Under the pieces are notes generated by a model. The model saw nothing but the letters and a program-made list of their open reading frames with translations. It did no database searches and was not told the DNA's origin. From Marsupella aquatica (taxonomy: Eukaryota > Plantae > Marchantiophyta), in the NCBI GenBank assembly GCA_973895155.1, contig OZ316891.1, positions 17,358,095 to 17,422,094 on the forward strand: a stretch of 64,000 nt of DNA, written 5' to 3'. Shown here piece after piece: positions 49,212 to 62,425 of the stretch. A program made the translations under genes and the position numbers. How positions within the stretch are numbered: position 1 is the stretch's first letter; every line of letters begins with the position of its first letter.

Positions 49212-52200
49212 TCAAAAATTTCCTGGATGATCCTGACGAAATTTTCTCGTGTTCCTCATCAAAACAGAAATCTCTTCCAAAACCTGAAAAACATGTTCAC
49301 TAGTGAGTACAACCTCACAGAAGACACATGCCTCAGTAACATGAGAATACCCACACACCCATACTCCAACCTCAACGCGTCAAATCAGGATCTCGAGTCA
49401 GCTCCACCAAGAGACTAGTTTCAGGCACACATGGGTTTTCGCCTAAAATATTGCATTGTTCTGAGCTAGCTTGGAATTGCCGTGCAAACGAAATCCAAAT
49501 AAAACAATAGACGAATGACTGACGGATAGTCTTTCGTATCAATATAGACCTGCTGACGGATGCTTTGCATGAAATAGATCAAGATAAATGAATCCAAACC
49601 TGGACTGCAAGCATTGCAGGTGTCACAGCAGATATATCCTCTACGCCCATTACTGTCGCCAACTCTGCATAGTGAAGATGTTAACTCGACCTCAGACATC
49701 AGCGGCTAGACCTTTGACGTAAAATTGTTGGTGGAAGCTCGACTCACTCTAAGGAAGATACATCAATTTACCCAAACCAGGGGAGACTACTCGATCTTCG
49801 TCAATCTTAATCTATACATCTTCTCAAGAGACAAAGAGCACATATTACCTGCTACCGAAACGCAAGCGTCGGCGTTTCTATAATATTCAACTCTCTGTTC
49901 AAAGAGATTTTCAAGGCACTTTAGAGCCTGCAATTAAAAAGTAACAGTCAGTTACATGCAAGTCATTGCCTACACTCATATAAAACAGCTGATCTACTGA
50001 GACAGACTAGACAAGGACGATCAAAAGTCGAATGAAGCACCTCTCATGCCCATCTCAAAACCTTCAACAACCTGAGGGTAAGCAGTCTCGGGGGAAACTT
50101 GTCCCAAAAGAGGGCGAGATTCACAACCTACAGCGACCACTCGTTTGGCAAGAGCCTCCACCGGCACATCCAGCCACACAGTGATGCCATGTCGCAAGTA
50201 TCCCCTGTAAACACACATGAAAATTTGAGCAGTCAGAAGTATGACATTTCCACCTCATTACAGTTCAGCCTTAGAACTTGTTCCTGAAGAAGAGGTGATT
50301 TCAGATTAGAGCTTAATTCCTGTTGTTACAGTTACAGTGCCCGATATTTTGAAGGATAAGTTCAGTACAACCAAATCTAGATCTCTAGTACAATACCTTT
50401 GTTCGTGGTTTCCTGTCCCTACCTAAGATTTGAGAGGACACATAATGAGGCTAGACCCAGTCTACGTTAATTGTATTCAAACAATCTAGTTCTGATATCA
50501 ATAGTTTATCAGGTGAAATCAGATAAATCAGGTGTTCCTCAGAGGCAAAAATCGCAATCGTTTCCTAGTTTTGAAAGAAACCATATTATTTGCAAATCAA
50601 TCAGGTTGTTCAGATCAGCAAGAAACTATTTAAAGTCAAGAACGGTGCTGAATTGTCTTGCCATCGCAGAAACCGGGAACCAGGGAGTTCGAGCTCACCA
50701 GTTTTGGGGCCTCACTACAGCTCCACCACCCGTAGCAACCACCAAACGACCCATCGACGAAAGCTGCATAAGTACCTCGGACTGCAAATACAGTGCAACC
50801 GTTATGAGAGTAACTATAACCCACAGAGTAAACAGGAAATCTGGGATCAGAATGATTACCTTCCAAAGAAATTGGTTGAGTTTAAACCCACCTTCCTGGG
50901 AGCCGTCAAACATATATAGCACATCCAAGATATTTATCGAAGAATTACCTCTGCATTCCGAAATTCTTCCTCGTCCCCTTCCCGAAACATCTGCTGGACA
51001 GTAATACCTCCAGCAGCATCCTCTACGAGCTTGTCACTGCCCGCCACAAACAACTCTAAAGGAGTTAAAAACCGCTCTGACGTTCAATAATCGACTTAGG
51101 CTATCCGAGAAACGTGATGAAGGGGAAGGGAATATCACAACAGCATACCTGTCAAAGAAATAATAACCCAGGGCATCTGCTATGTATTTGCCTACAGTTG
51201 TCTTGCCACTACCCATCATCCCTGCATGATGGTAAACTTCAGGATTGAATTGCTTCGGACCATCACGTTCAACCGGCTGACAACCAAATTCGGCAAAGCG
51301 TCTTTCTTCTGTATACAGGATGCCAAAGTAACTTACCTACGAGGAAAATGCAAGTGCCTCTAAGATCCTTGACAATCGCTTGTGCTTTCTTCTGCGTCAA
51401 CACCCCCAACTCCAAAGAGATCAATACCGTACGGTACGTATCCGGAATCTCCGCCTCTAGATACTAAAGATATTTCTTGTAAATCGCACTGGCCCCGCAA
51501 CGATCCTACGTGGAGATCGCAACCAAAGCTTTAAAATGTAGCTGAGCCTCCCTTGGCTTAAGAGATATCATTCATCCCCGCGACATTCAACTGGACGAGA
51601 CGGACTGAACAGCGTTATCTGACTCCATGATAACCACCATGAGGGGGAAAGAATACTAACGCCGGGAAAAGAGCAAACCTTTAGCAGCAACCTCTGCTCT
51701 TGGTCAACTAGTGCCTCATCGTTTGCAGTACCACATTGGGGAGATTGTACTGATCGCTTGCCTGCAAGTTCGAGTTCAAGACGTCCCGCTTCAGCCCCGC
51801 GTACACTCAGAGAAGTTCTAACGAATTGTTATAGCTCTTCAAAAAAACAAACCTTATAAACCCTTTCCTCGGATGCACCTAGAACATCGCCGGGTTTGCA
51901 TCATTGCCTACAAACTTCTCTCCCTAGAACCGCCAGGAGAAGACCATCATGGACGCTGCGAGACAATGGCAAAACTTGCTTGGACTGACATGAATGAATT
52001 AGGATGCGTCCAAGCTATTGGCGATGCTTTTCTGCATGTATTCCAGAATTCCGGCATTCACATTCCAAGGGCTTCCTTTCTAAAACAGCTGCTAGATTAG
52101 CCCCAGGTAGTCTTACACTGTGCTCCCTAATCGAACCAGTTCCCGGGAACCTGCGGGTCCCTGTCTGTCACCAACCTGACCCAGAGACTGCAGCCTTCCG

Positions 52201-52637
52201 TTGCCAACCCGCCCAGGGTACATTAGCGAGATGGGCTCGAGACAAATTTGAAATGGCCAGTACCAGAAAGAAAGATCCAAAGATGTAATCGTCCCGCCCT
52301 TAAACAGCCTTCCTTTCATTCTTACAGCAGATTACGACAGGGAATTGAAAGAACAGAATGAAGGTAGACGCGAATACATACTCAAGGATTTCACTCGTCC
52401 GCGAGAGGGGGCGGAAGTTGGACTGAAAACATGCAGCTTGTGCCATTCCAAGGTAGGGGACCGGCATGATGAGAATTCGCCAGCGCGCAAGCAGCACATG
52501 GAAGTTGAGGAAGAGTTGGAGACGAAACCAATGTTCTCCTTCAGTGGTCTGACAACCCTGCCATTCCGATTCCTTGTAGTCGTCGTCGGCAACCCAGCCG
52601 ACGACAGCCTACACTCTAGTAACGATCCACAATGCAT
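49212..52637 (-). CDS. SK1: shikimate kinase, chloroplastic (long transit peptide-like N-terminus), multi-exon
   Basis: Walker [52 protein letters not shown] and SRPLL. The start codon (52637) and last exon ([10 protein letters not shown]...PGNF*) are inferred. Confidence 0.9.
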
Positions 52638-54269
52638 GACCGCCGACGACTGGATCCTCCCCTAATTCTGCACCGCAGAGGGCATACTCACTCGGCAATG
52701 CCTGTCCGCCCGCCCGCCCCTTGACTCCCTCCACAACAGGAGAAGGACACAGTATCGCAATAGAAACCAAACCTCAAGCAAGAAGAAGATGATCTCCCTC
52801 GTGCATTGCTAGTAAGATCTGCGCCCTGTACAATATGGAAAAAGAATTAATCCACCCGCTCTGTCGCAGTCAGCTACTTTTGCTCTCATTCTCCCCGCTT
52901 CACAACCAAATTGCTCCCCCAAGTTGCATATCGTCTCGCTAGCTTGTCAACAATCTTCTCTCCTGTCCTCGGGTCCTCTACGGCTCAATCTGCGCAATCG
53001 AGATAAATCTGACAATCTCCCTCTCTGACCCCGTCCTCCTTCTGTTGCACAATCTGACAACCGTTGAACCACTAACTTGTCGATGAACTCCTCTCTCTCC
53101 TCTCGTCTCCTTGTCTCCTCTACAGCTCGTCTTGCGATCTACTTCATTGATAGTAGTTGCCGACGAGTGGCTCAGGGAGGGGCCACCGCCAACACAGAAA
53201 GATCCTTCAACTCCCTCTCAGAGGACAGAAGCCGAGAAGCGCGAGGGCGAGGCCTTCCGTTCGAGTAGTAATAATAATAATGCGAGTAATCAAATCAATC
53301 CACAGCAGTCGCGGAGGACTCCTGGAGGCTCATCTGCCGCGTTGTTATGGTGGACTTGCTGGTGAGACGGCTCATCCAGCAACGACGCACACGGACGCGG
53401 ATCCGAATGGAGCAACGAAGGTATGTCTGCCTCCTTCGGCGCATTCTCATCTCCGCAATCCGCATTCTCCCCGGATTGCGGACCTACCACTGCTGTATTC
53501 TCATGATTTATTTATCTATCCGTCTATCCAACCTGTAAAGCTTAAACCCACCTGCCCAGATGAATGGCCCCCCTTCTATCCTTCCATCTAACGGGGGCTA
53601 AGAAAGGCCAGCAGAGTTAAGCTCAGCCTATGGCGACTTGCCATGTTACACGGTAAACTCGATAGTGAGTTAAAAGTTAACCCACATATAAAATGGGGGG
53701 CAAGGTGATAAATAAATTTGTTTTGGGTCACGTGAGTGAATTAAGATGACTTGCGGGACAGGTTAGTAAAAAACTGTAAAGCATAAACCACACCCTGCCC
53801 ATTATGAATGGGCCCCCTTCACTGCCTGGCTATTGTCATTTGTGTAGGCTGACCAAAAAATGTGGAGCTTACCATAAAAGGGAGACCTCACAATAATACT
53901 CCTGCTAGAGCTCTTGCCCATCCTTCAGGCAATGTGAATAATGAGAGCTATGGGTTACCCTTAGCCCTTATAAGTGAAGCTCTAGGTTAATCAAAAGCTA
54001 CTCCCGGGGCGTAGAGTGAAGCCTTTAGACCCTTATTCTAAGAGATGGCATACTTGAAAGTGAGGGTGTAAACAAAAAATAGGATGGGACAAAGAATAGC
54101 ATGGAGTCCTCTTCTCCAAGGTTTGTTTTTTTCCTTGTCTTTATTTCCATTCTTTAATCAGGCTGGTATCTTCTATTATATAATTCTATAATAAAAAGTT
54201 ATTTTCAAAACCACCTGTTTAGAATCAATCTATATAATTGCAATAAAAAACTATTCTCAAGGCAACCTC

Positions 54270-55575
54270 CTATATGGTGAATCCAATGTTGTCTTATTCA
54301 GATTTTGTGTTTAGTATTTTTATTTTAATGTGCCTTAACTAGGTGAATCATTTGTATTAATTTGATTTTGAATTAACTTTTAGACCCCTTTTAATTTTAG
54401 TGAACTTAGAGTATTTTGAATGTACATGGCTCCCCTCATAAATGTTTAATCTTTCATTTTCAATGGATCACTCCTTAGTGAATTATCAAATTTTTCATGA
54501 GAGTGAGATAAATGAATTTGAACAATGTATACATTTGGTGTACTAAGTTCCCCTCATGATTTCTTTTACAAAATTTATGATTTTAATAGAGTTGATTATC
54601 CTTACCTAGAAGCAATTGAAAATCTGTACTATATGTGCACAACTCTTTAATACCTATATACTTTCTTGGTCATAATGTGTTTTTCTATGCATGTGTACTA
54701 TGTCACTCATTCTTGGTTACCATATATTAATTTCTTAGCACTTTACATGTACCTACTTCTATTATCATAAAATGAATCAATGAATTGCATATCACTACAA
54801 GACAAAAAAGAGGCACCTTCCAAGATAAACATGCTATGTCCATAACAAGAGAGGAAAGTGAAATCTCTAGATTGTGGTTATTTAGGCATAATGACTAAGG
54901 GGTGTATGTGATTATGGGGGCATAATGACTAGAGGGTATACGTAGAAAACAAGGACTGGGGAATCCATGGAGGGCATAAGGGAAATTTTGTATGCTAGGC
55001 TTTTTCTGCCCTCAACTACATCTACATTTAAAAAGGTTAGTCCTCACTCAGGCCAGTAATTACACATTTTTGTGATGGAAGTCAATCTCAAAGCCTACTC
55101 TCTAATGTGAACTGACTAAGGGTGCCTAGAGTGAAAACTCTAGTGTGGGGCATAATTGAAGTTGGGGGTGTAGGCAGGAACACTCATATGACAAGTCATT
55201 CATGAATTTTTGAAGCTTATACAGTGAATCCACCTTTCATATTTTGTCTTATTCAGATTGTTTGTGTCATGTATTTTTATTTGAATTTGCCTTATCAAGG
55301 GGCAGCCTTTGTACAATACACATTTTTACTTAATTTTTAGACCCCTTTAATTTTAGGTATTCTAGAGTATTTTAAACTTATTTTGGCAGGCTCCTTATAA
55401 CTTTTAAGGTTGGTGATCTCTTGGAGATGAAACCTCCACCACTTGAACAAAGTATTTTTTAAAGTTAGTGATCTCTTAGAGATGAAACTTCCACCACTTG
55501 AACAAAATATTTTCATGAGTGAGAGAAATGATTCTAAACAACAGGGACACATAGTGTCTTAAGTTCTCTCATGTC
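54270..55575 (+). repeat. AT-rich diverged direct repeat (~54270-54560 vs ~55225-55575), with an internal ~55-bp tandem duplication at ~55400-55515
   Basis: Both copies carry GTCTTATTCAGATT...TTTAGACCCCTTT.AATTTTAG...TAGAGTATTTT...TTTTCATGAG.G.GAGA.AAATGA...TAAGTTC.CTCATG. Confidence 0.7.
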
Positions 55576-58257
55576 TTTCTTTCCTAAGTTTATGGTTTTT
55601 TTTTGTTTTTTTTGGAAAGGGACTAGCCTGAAACTTTATTCAAAAACATGCCGGACAAGTCACCTGCCCGGGGAAGAAGACATGGAGCACCAAAACAAAC
55701 AAAAGCTGGGGGAAAATGGGAAGAGCACACCCAGAAATGGGAGCAAACTGAATTAAGGGGCCCTAAAGAGAGGAGCACACCCAGAGAAGAGAGGAGGGCA
55801 GCACCCAACCCAGATCGTCAAAATAAGTTTATGGTTTTTATTGAAATGGGTGTCATTCATAAGGTACATTGAATTAAGTGCAGAAATGGTTGTGTCATAA
55901 AACTTGATTGTACTTTTCATTGGTCACTGTGTTTTTCTTGGCAGGCACTTTATTTACATAATTTTATTCTTCTAGTTATGCTCTCATATTTTATTTATTT
56001 TCACTTCACTATAAAACAAAAAATCAAGCATGTTCCAGGATGAGCATGCTATATATATGACAAGTATATATATATATATATATATATTTTGGTTTGCACT
56101 TTCTTCCTGTTACCTCTATTCATATTCAAAAATGGACACTAAGCCTAATGTAGGTGGGGGGTTAGGGCTAGGTAGCCTGTCAGCTTGCTCTCCCAACCCA
56201 GAGAAGCCCCCACCCAAACCTGTGCCTCATTTTTGTCCAAAAATGGTTATTGTATTCTACTGCAATTATGAGAACGTGTAGACCTCGGTAATCCTATACA
56301 TTCCCCACCCCCACCAGGCTGGCTCCCTATCCATCCTTGGCCAAACTATACCCAGTAGCCTGTCTGGTCGGGGGGGTCTAGTTAAGCCAGGATCAGGTCA
56401 GGTGCAGTATTGTTTGATTGTACTCTAATTTAGTGCGAGGCCAAGTTTGGTTGGGTGGCATTTCACTTGAACAATTTTGCAGGAACTGCATCTTCCACTG
56501 GGAGTGGGAGTGTCAGACCCCACTCCCACAACTTTCTCCATGGAACCCTGTGTTGAAGTATTGCTTTCTTTTTACCCTTGTCTTCTTCATGAAATTTTCG
56601 TGTAGCTAAGAAAGTCCCAGACACCCTACCTCAAGGAACTCAGTTGAATAATTAGTGAAGACTAAGTATATGCAGTGTTCCATTGCATCACACGTACAAA
56701 ACTACAAATTTCTGATCAGCACCAAGTGTGACTTCCGAAACAATTAGTTTTCTTTTCTCTTAATTAATGTAATAGCCTGGTCATTCCCAATGTTCGCCGA
56801 AGGCCTCATACAATTTAGCCACACTTAAAAGCCGCATTCACGGAAGTGGTGCTCACAATTCTAACTGATCGAAGCAAGATAACGCTGACAGCTGGAAAGC
56901 TCGCTCAGAAGTCATCCTCCGGGATAGGACGGAGTCGAGCACTGAATGTCATATCTTTCCAAACAAAGAATTGAATCATACAAAACGAGACAAAAGTTCC
57001 AGAATTTCCGAAGAATGGGAAAGTACAGCACCGTGCGTGATATCTCCCTCTATATTCCTTCGTGTAAACAGCTAACACACTGCTAGCAATTTAGTCTACT
57101 CTGACTCATAATACTTGTGTCGATCCTGTTTTTTACTTATTAATTGAAAGAGTTAAGCTATGAATGGGATACTCCATAAACACGCTTACTCACACGCTTC
57201 CTCGATCACTAACACAAACCTGAGTTCACTTTCAAAGATATAACTCGATATATTAGGCCAAGACGCTTGCAGAGAAGCACATATTGGTGGCCAGCAAGTT
57301 ACTACTGTGGTACGGTGCAACAGATAAATGTTGCAGTCCCCTCCACCGCTCATGCGGATGTCCTAATTCAAGCAGGTAACTCAAATCGTCGAATTCATTC
57401 TTAGCTGACAAATGTGACGCACTAAACGCCGTGGTGAGCACTTTTGGATTACCCGGCGTATACATGCTACGTCCCACTATAATGTATACAATCTACTAAG
57501 CTGTGCTTGCCGATTTCTAAAAAATTCGATCATGATAAACCTGATGAAGCTTGGGACATCATGATCGGCATCATGATTATTTCTATAACAGTGCTTACTG
57601 TAACAGGGGCGTGCACAAATTTATCAAACACAGCGGACCATGTCATTCATCCATATCCACTAATAAAAGCCTTCCTGTCCAAACACAGATTCCTCTCCAG
57701 AAAGATTTGGATTCAGCCACGGGAATTCGTTCTGATTTATCTAGCCGGAAGTTAAAAATCTACCAGCTGCAAATCGAGGAGCCGTCAATCTGAGCTCCAC
57801 TAAGAAATCCTTGGAAGTAGCTCTCTTTTCCGCACTGAAGTAGAATCAGGTTGACATTACGACGAGAAACGCGACGCGCCCAGGAACGTGGCCCCTCTCC
57901 AGAAAATCAACAAGTAGAGAAGTCCCGTGGTTACCTTCCACTTGTACTCACCTCCCTTGATTCTCGGATTCTCATGTCAATCAAATGGACTTCGATAGAA
58001 TCCATCAATTCGGTTTCTCTGTACACGACTGAAGCTGATCTAGTAAGAGTGTGACGGCGCGCATTCATATGGACATACATTAGATATACACCTCAACATT
58101 GTATCAGAAATGCGACTTGGCAATTGTTTACAAGTACAGATCAAATTGGGAGAAGTATCTATGCCGATGTTTTCTCTCAATTTGCGCGGAGGCTCCAATG
58201 GAAACGAAGGACATTGAGGCAAATGTCCATGACGGTCGAAGCATTCCATGATGGTCA

Positions 58258-58581
58258 TCATTCGTTTGTCGGTAAGACTTCTGGCCCAACTGCTGGAGAA
58301 TGTGGAGAAGTTGGACGAGCAGGCGCGTCCAAATCATCTATTGAATCCTGCACATTCCAAAGTCATGGATGATTTCGTTGGTCCAGTTGATAAGTTAATT
58401 AGTGCCATTGTTCGAACGTAACACTTGAGGCCATCTTCTATCTCAAATTAGTGTATATATCCGCTGATACAAATGTGGTTCTCAGGAAGCTTACCTTGTC
58501 CTGGAGCGTTTGACCTTCCTGCTGTGGAGGAGTGGCGTTGGTGGCGTGCATCCAGTTTCGATCCTCGCATGCAGCATTCAT
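58258..58581 (-). other. putative spliced micro-ORF or lncRNA exons (58-aa ORF over exons 58495-58581 and 58258-58347)
   Basis: Strong donor AAG|GTAAGC at 58495/58494 and acceptor TGTGCAG at 58348. A further donor GAG|GTGAGT lies near 57951. No recognisable homology. Confidence 0.3.
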
Positions 58582-60236
58582 CGTAATTCTCGGAAAATGA
58601 ATGAAGGTTTCACGAACAAATGACAGGTACTTTGAATCGGATCATTTGGGTTCTCCAGACCTCCATGATTTTTCACAACACCTCAAGGTTCTCGACATCC
58701 CGCTCAACATCTCAACGCCCGACGGCTTGCGAAATTTTAGAGCTCACACCGCCAATCGACCTAGGAAAAACCTGCACGTATAGTACGTGAGTACGAGTTG
58801 AGATCGAGCTCAGTTGTGTTTGATAATTCCTTATGTCGAGCGAGCGGAAGAATGATCGATCGGTCCGAGGATCGCTCACGGAGACAAACGGATACGCTGT
58901 CACGGCGAAGAGACTCGGACACGCTGAGCTGAGATTTATTCAGCCCTTAGCTTTCTAATTGAAGTTGGTGCTCTTGGTGACAACTCTGGTAGGGAATGGG
59001 ACATAAGGGTGAGCACTGCGCTTTGGCCATCATACATCGAACTGTTGCTTGTTCATATTGTTAAATTTTTTAATGTTGTACACTTACGAAGCAACAGTTA
59101 ATTTACGCGACAGTCAATTGAGGATCGGTCTGTGTGTAAGTCATGGACATTCTAATTGAGAATCTACTGCTATATGGCGGCGAGCTTCAGGTTTCAACTC
59201 GTTAACGGGTTACTTTTCAAGATTCAGGAACGATACCCATTACCAAGTTGCGAATGACGTTTGGGTTTACTTTCCGTTTCCTGGTGATCCAAAACCCTAA
59301 CTCAAAGGCCCCAGACCCAGCAACGTCAGCTAGGGCGGGATTTTAAATTCTCCATTTCGCTGGATAATTGAATAATATTGTTTTGCTGGTGCACCTTCAA
59401 CGCCGTGCACAATAATTCTACAAACTCAGCATTCAGGCTTGTCACGTACCTGGAGATCAATGACCTTTGGCTTCAATCTTGATGGGAACTTTGGCTTCTT
59501 GACTGGAATCATACCTGGGATGCTGGTGGATCATCTAGTTTGAAATGTTTTCAAGGTTAAGAGGAGATAAAGCCAATGCTGGCAATTCATATATTCTTAA
59601 AGTTAGACCGTTGATTGTTGGGTGTTGTTCCTACGCTGAAGCTTTTAGTGACATAACAGTCAGTGCAGCGAATGGTTAGAAGCAAAATACAGTAGGCTAG
59701 GAGCAAAATTAAGGAGGGAGTAGAAGGCAGAGATTCCGAAGAGTTTGGCAGTGAGTGAGAGCCCCTTTGTCCACACTTCGCGGGAAAGTTTTTACTCAAG
59801 GATTACAGAACTTAATAGCAGCCTCTTGCTCCCCAGGGGGGGCCCCAGGGACATGTGCTGTGCCAGTAGCCATGCTTACCGGTGAGCCCGGGAGCATAAA
59901 TTCGTCACAAGTCAATTCTAAATTTCGCGCAATTACTTTACATCATAATCAGCACAGCAATTGGGCAGCTGGACAGTGCACAGCGCCTCAAATATTATAC
60001 GATCCAGCGAAGTAAAGCTAATGGAGATGTCACAGTCACGGATTTGTTCATGCGAGATAATTGAATATCTTAAGGAAAACAGAATGCTGTCAAATTACTC
60101 ACATGCGAGCTCTTCAACCACAGTTACATTACTTCAGTTGGACCTCTGAGTCTTACACTCCATGAAAGAACACATGGAATTTTGATTCGTGCCGGATAGA
60201 CAAAACGCTGCCGAGCCGGGCCCGAACTATACCTGT

Positions 60237-60995
60237 ACTACTGAGAAATGAGAATCTACTGAGAAATGAGAATCCTCCCACACGCTTTGTGTCTTATCTG
60301 AAATAACTGTAGAATAAGACCCGTAATCAACTGTAGAATAGTTTTAGTTGTTCCCAATAAGGTGCTAATTTCGGCGAATCAGACCTTGAGACCCATATAT
60401 GTACTGTAGAAGAAAAAAAAAACATTTCTAATAAGGTGTTTATTTCGGTGAAAAAGACATTAAGACCCATGTATGAATGTAGTTCTGTTCGGGGAATGGG
60501 AGGATAGGTTACTTCACTGAAAGGTACCATATAGTTGTCAAGTGAGAAAGGCCAGTCATGATACTTCTAGCCACAACTGCACTTCAAGCTAAGGGTTACC
60601 TGTGGTTACCATTAAATCTTCAAGCTACAGTCATGATACTTCTAGCCACAACTGCACTTCAAGCTAAGGGTTACCTGTGGTTACCATTAAATCTTCAAGC
60701 TACAGGTTATCTGTGGTTATCATTAAAAGTAAAATTTTCTTGAAATTGTGAAACAAACTTGCATGCTAGAGGAGAATAATGATTGAAATGTGAAAAAAGG
60801 GGGAGGTCTTGGACACTTCCCCTTATATAAGGCAAGTTGTGATTGAAGGAAACACATTGTAGTTAACCATTATATAAGGCAAGTTGTGATTGAAGGAAAC
60901 ACATTGTAGTTAAGTGAGAAAACCCTTATGGCAAGTTGTGATTTAAGGAAACACATTGTAGTTAAGTGAGAAAAGTCAGTCAGGATTCTTCTATT
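60237..60995. repeat. composite tandem-repeat tract (18-bp, ~74-bp, 75-bp and ~47-57-bp units)
   Basis: TACTGAGAAATGAGAATC x2; AATAAGGTG...AGACCCAT x2; a 75-bp unit x2 at ~60553-60705; GGCAAGTTGTGATT.AAGGAAACACATTGTAGTTAA x3. Confidence 0.85.
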
Positions 60996-61630
60996 GTGTC
61001 AATACGAACGAGACATGGCGCTCCTATCTAGACCAAAAGCTTGATCATCCACTGTCTTGGAGGAGTCAATATCGGTGGTCGCTAATCAAAAAGTAACCTG
61101 AGCATGCCAGACTCTAACTGACCACCCACTTGTGAGTGTCCAGATCAGAATCAACACCCTAGCTATACTAATGAACTACAATCAGTGATCATGCACTTTT
61201 TGAAAGTGTTTAGACAGCACAAGACAAACAGCCGCTGATCGTAAAACCAGAGTAGCAGACAGCAACAGACCACTTTGCATAGCTTGTAGTCACGGACCGC
61301 TTTTAAATTAACTTTTGGGCAAACAAGTTGGGTAGAATCTCATCACACAAGAAATATGTACGTGGCAATCCCAAACTACCAACCAATCCGATGCCCAGCA
61401 CGCAAAACGCATCCTTGATCTTGGCTTTGTCCGTCCCAATTGCGAGTACAAACAAGTCCAGATCCATAAGTCGATGCCAGCCAACGAGCGTTGCCTTCGT
61501 GGCCCCCACACAGAAAACAGTGAAGTACGCATTTTGATCTTGTAAGCCCCAGCCACCTAAGCCCTGAGGCCATGTGCCCAAAGAGACTGGTACAATTGTT
61601 TATACTATGTTTTATCCCCTCTTTTTGGAA

Positions 61631-61900
61631 TTAGCTCACACGCGGAGTATATTGCTTCCACGTTCTAGCAAGCTTGTTTTTTGGACCTCGTTGTCCTATG
61701 ATACAAGTCTTATTAAACAAATTCCAGTCCGCTTCTTCTTCTGAATTCAAAAATTCATCGCGAGCTATCGACGAAAACAGTTCCCTATGACATTTCGGTC
61801 TTGCGCCGCCATCTGAATTGAAAAAGTAGTCTCTCGCCATCGACGAGAAAAGTTCTCTACAGCATTCCGATCCTGTGCCGCCAGCCAACAACAGCATTGA
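61631..61900 (-). CDS. orphan short ORF or gene fragment with a 24-aa internal repeat
   Basis: RELFSSMARDYFFNS vs RELFSSIARDEFLNS, 72 nt apart, with many synonymous codon differences. Confidence 0.35.
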   Translation of the reverse strand, partial: SMLLLAGGTGSECCRELFSSMARDYFFNSDGGARPKCHRELFSSIARDEFLNSEEEADWNLFNKTCIIGQRGPKNKLARTWKQYTPRVS

Positions 61901-62425
61901 CCATTCCCAGGCAATCCAGACTAGGTGATTCAAACAACACGGCAGTTCCTTTTATTCACTAAGCCGGTTTTTTAGAAGTGGACCACGTCAAATATTTCTC
62001 ATTCGATATTAAAGTGTCCAATACCCTCTGTAAACCAGGGCCGTGACAGGAAACTTTACTCTCTGTTTATCAAGAATTGGAGTAGGCACAATAAAGAGGT
62101 GATCCATGGTCTCCAACCACCACAAGTCTCGAGACTTACACGAATATGAATGGTTGACAAAACTATGTACACATCCGCTTTGACACTCTTGGCTTGCTCT
62201 CTCGGTTTACTCTCTTAGTTTGCTCTCTGACGAAGTGGCCTGACCCCATTACTCCCATGCTTCCTTCGGGAGAGAGATCCTATTACTCGTGTTCGTCCAT
62301 ACTCCTAGTCACTTCCCTCACCGGTCTCGCTGTTTAGCTGGTTGTCCGCTCTGGCAAAACAATTCTTGGTTCTAAACAAATGCAATACATCTCTCAAATT
62401 GACGTTGATGTGCAGCGTGGAGTAG

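Noticed and set aside
54793-54806. CACTACAAGACAAA, resembling a CACTA TIR
   Set aside because: No matching opposite TIR, TSD or subterminal repeats found.
58095-58265. Box C (ATGATGA)...CTGA on the - strand as a C/D snoRNA
   Set aside because: Spacing is long (~160 nt), there is no terminal stem, and I recognised no rRNA-complementary guide.
60558-60743. ORF with a 25-aa perfect repeat
   Set aside because: Exact 75-bp DNA duplication with no synonymous divergence, so no sign of coding constraint.
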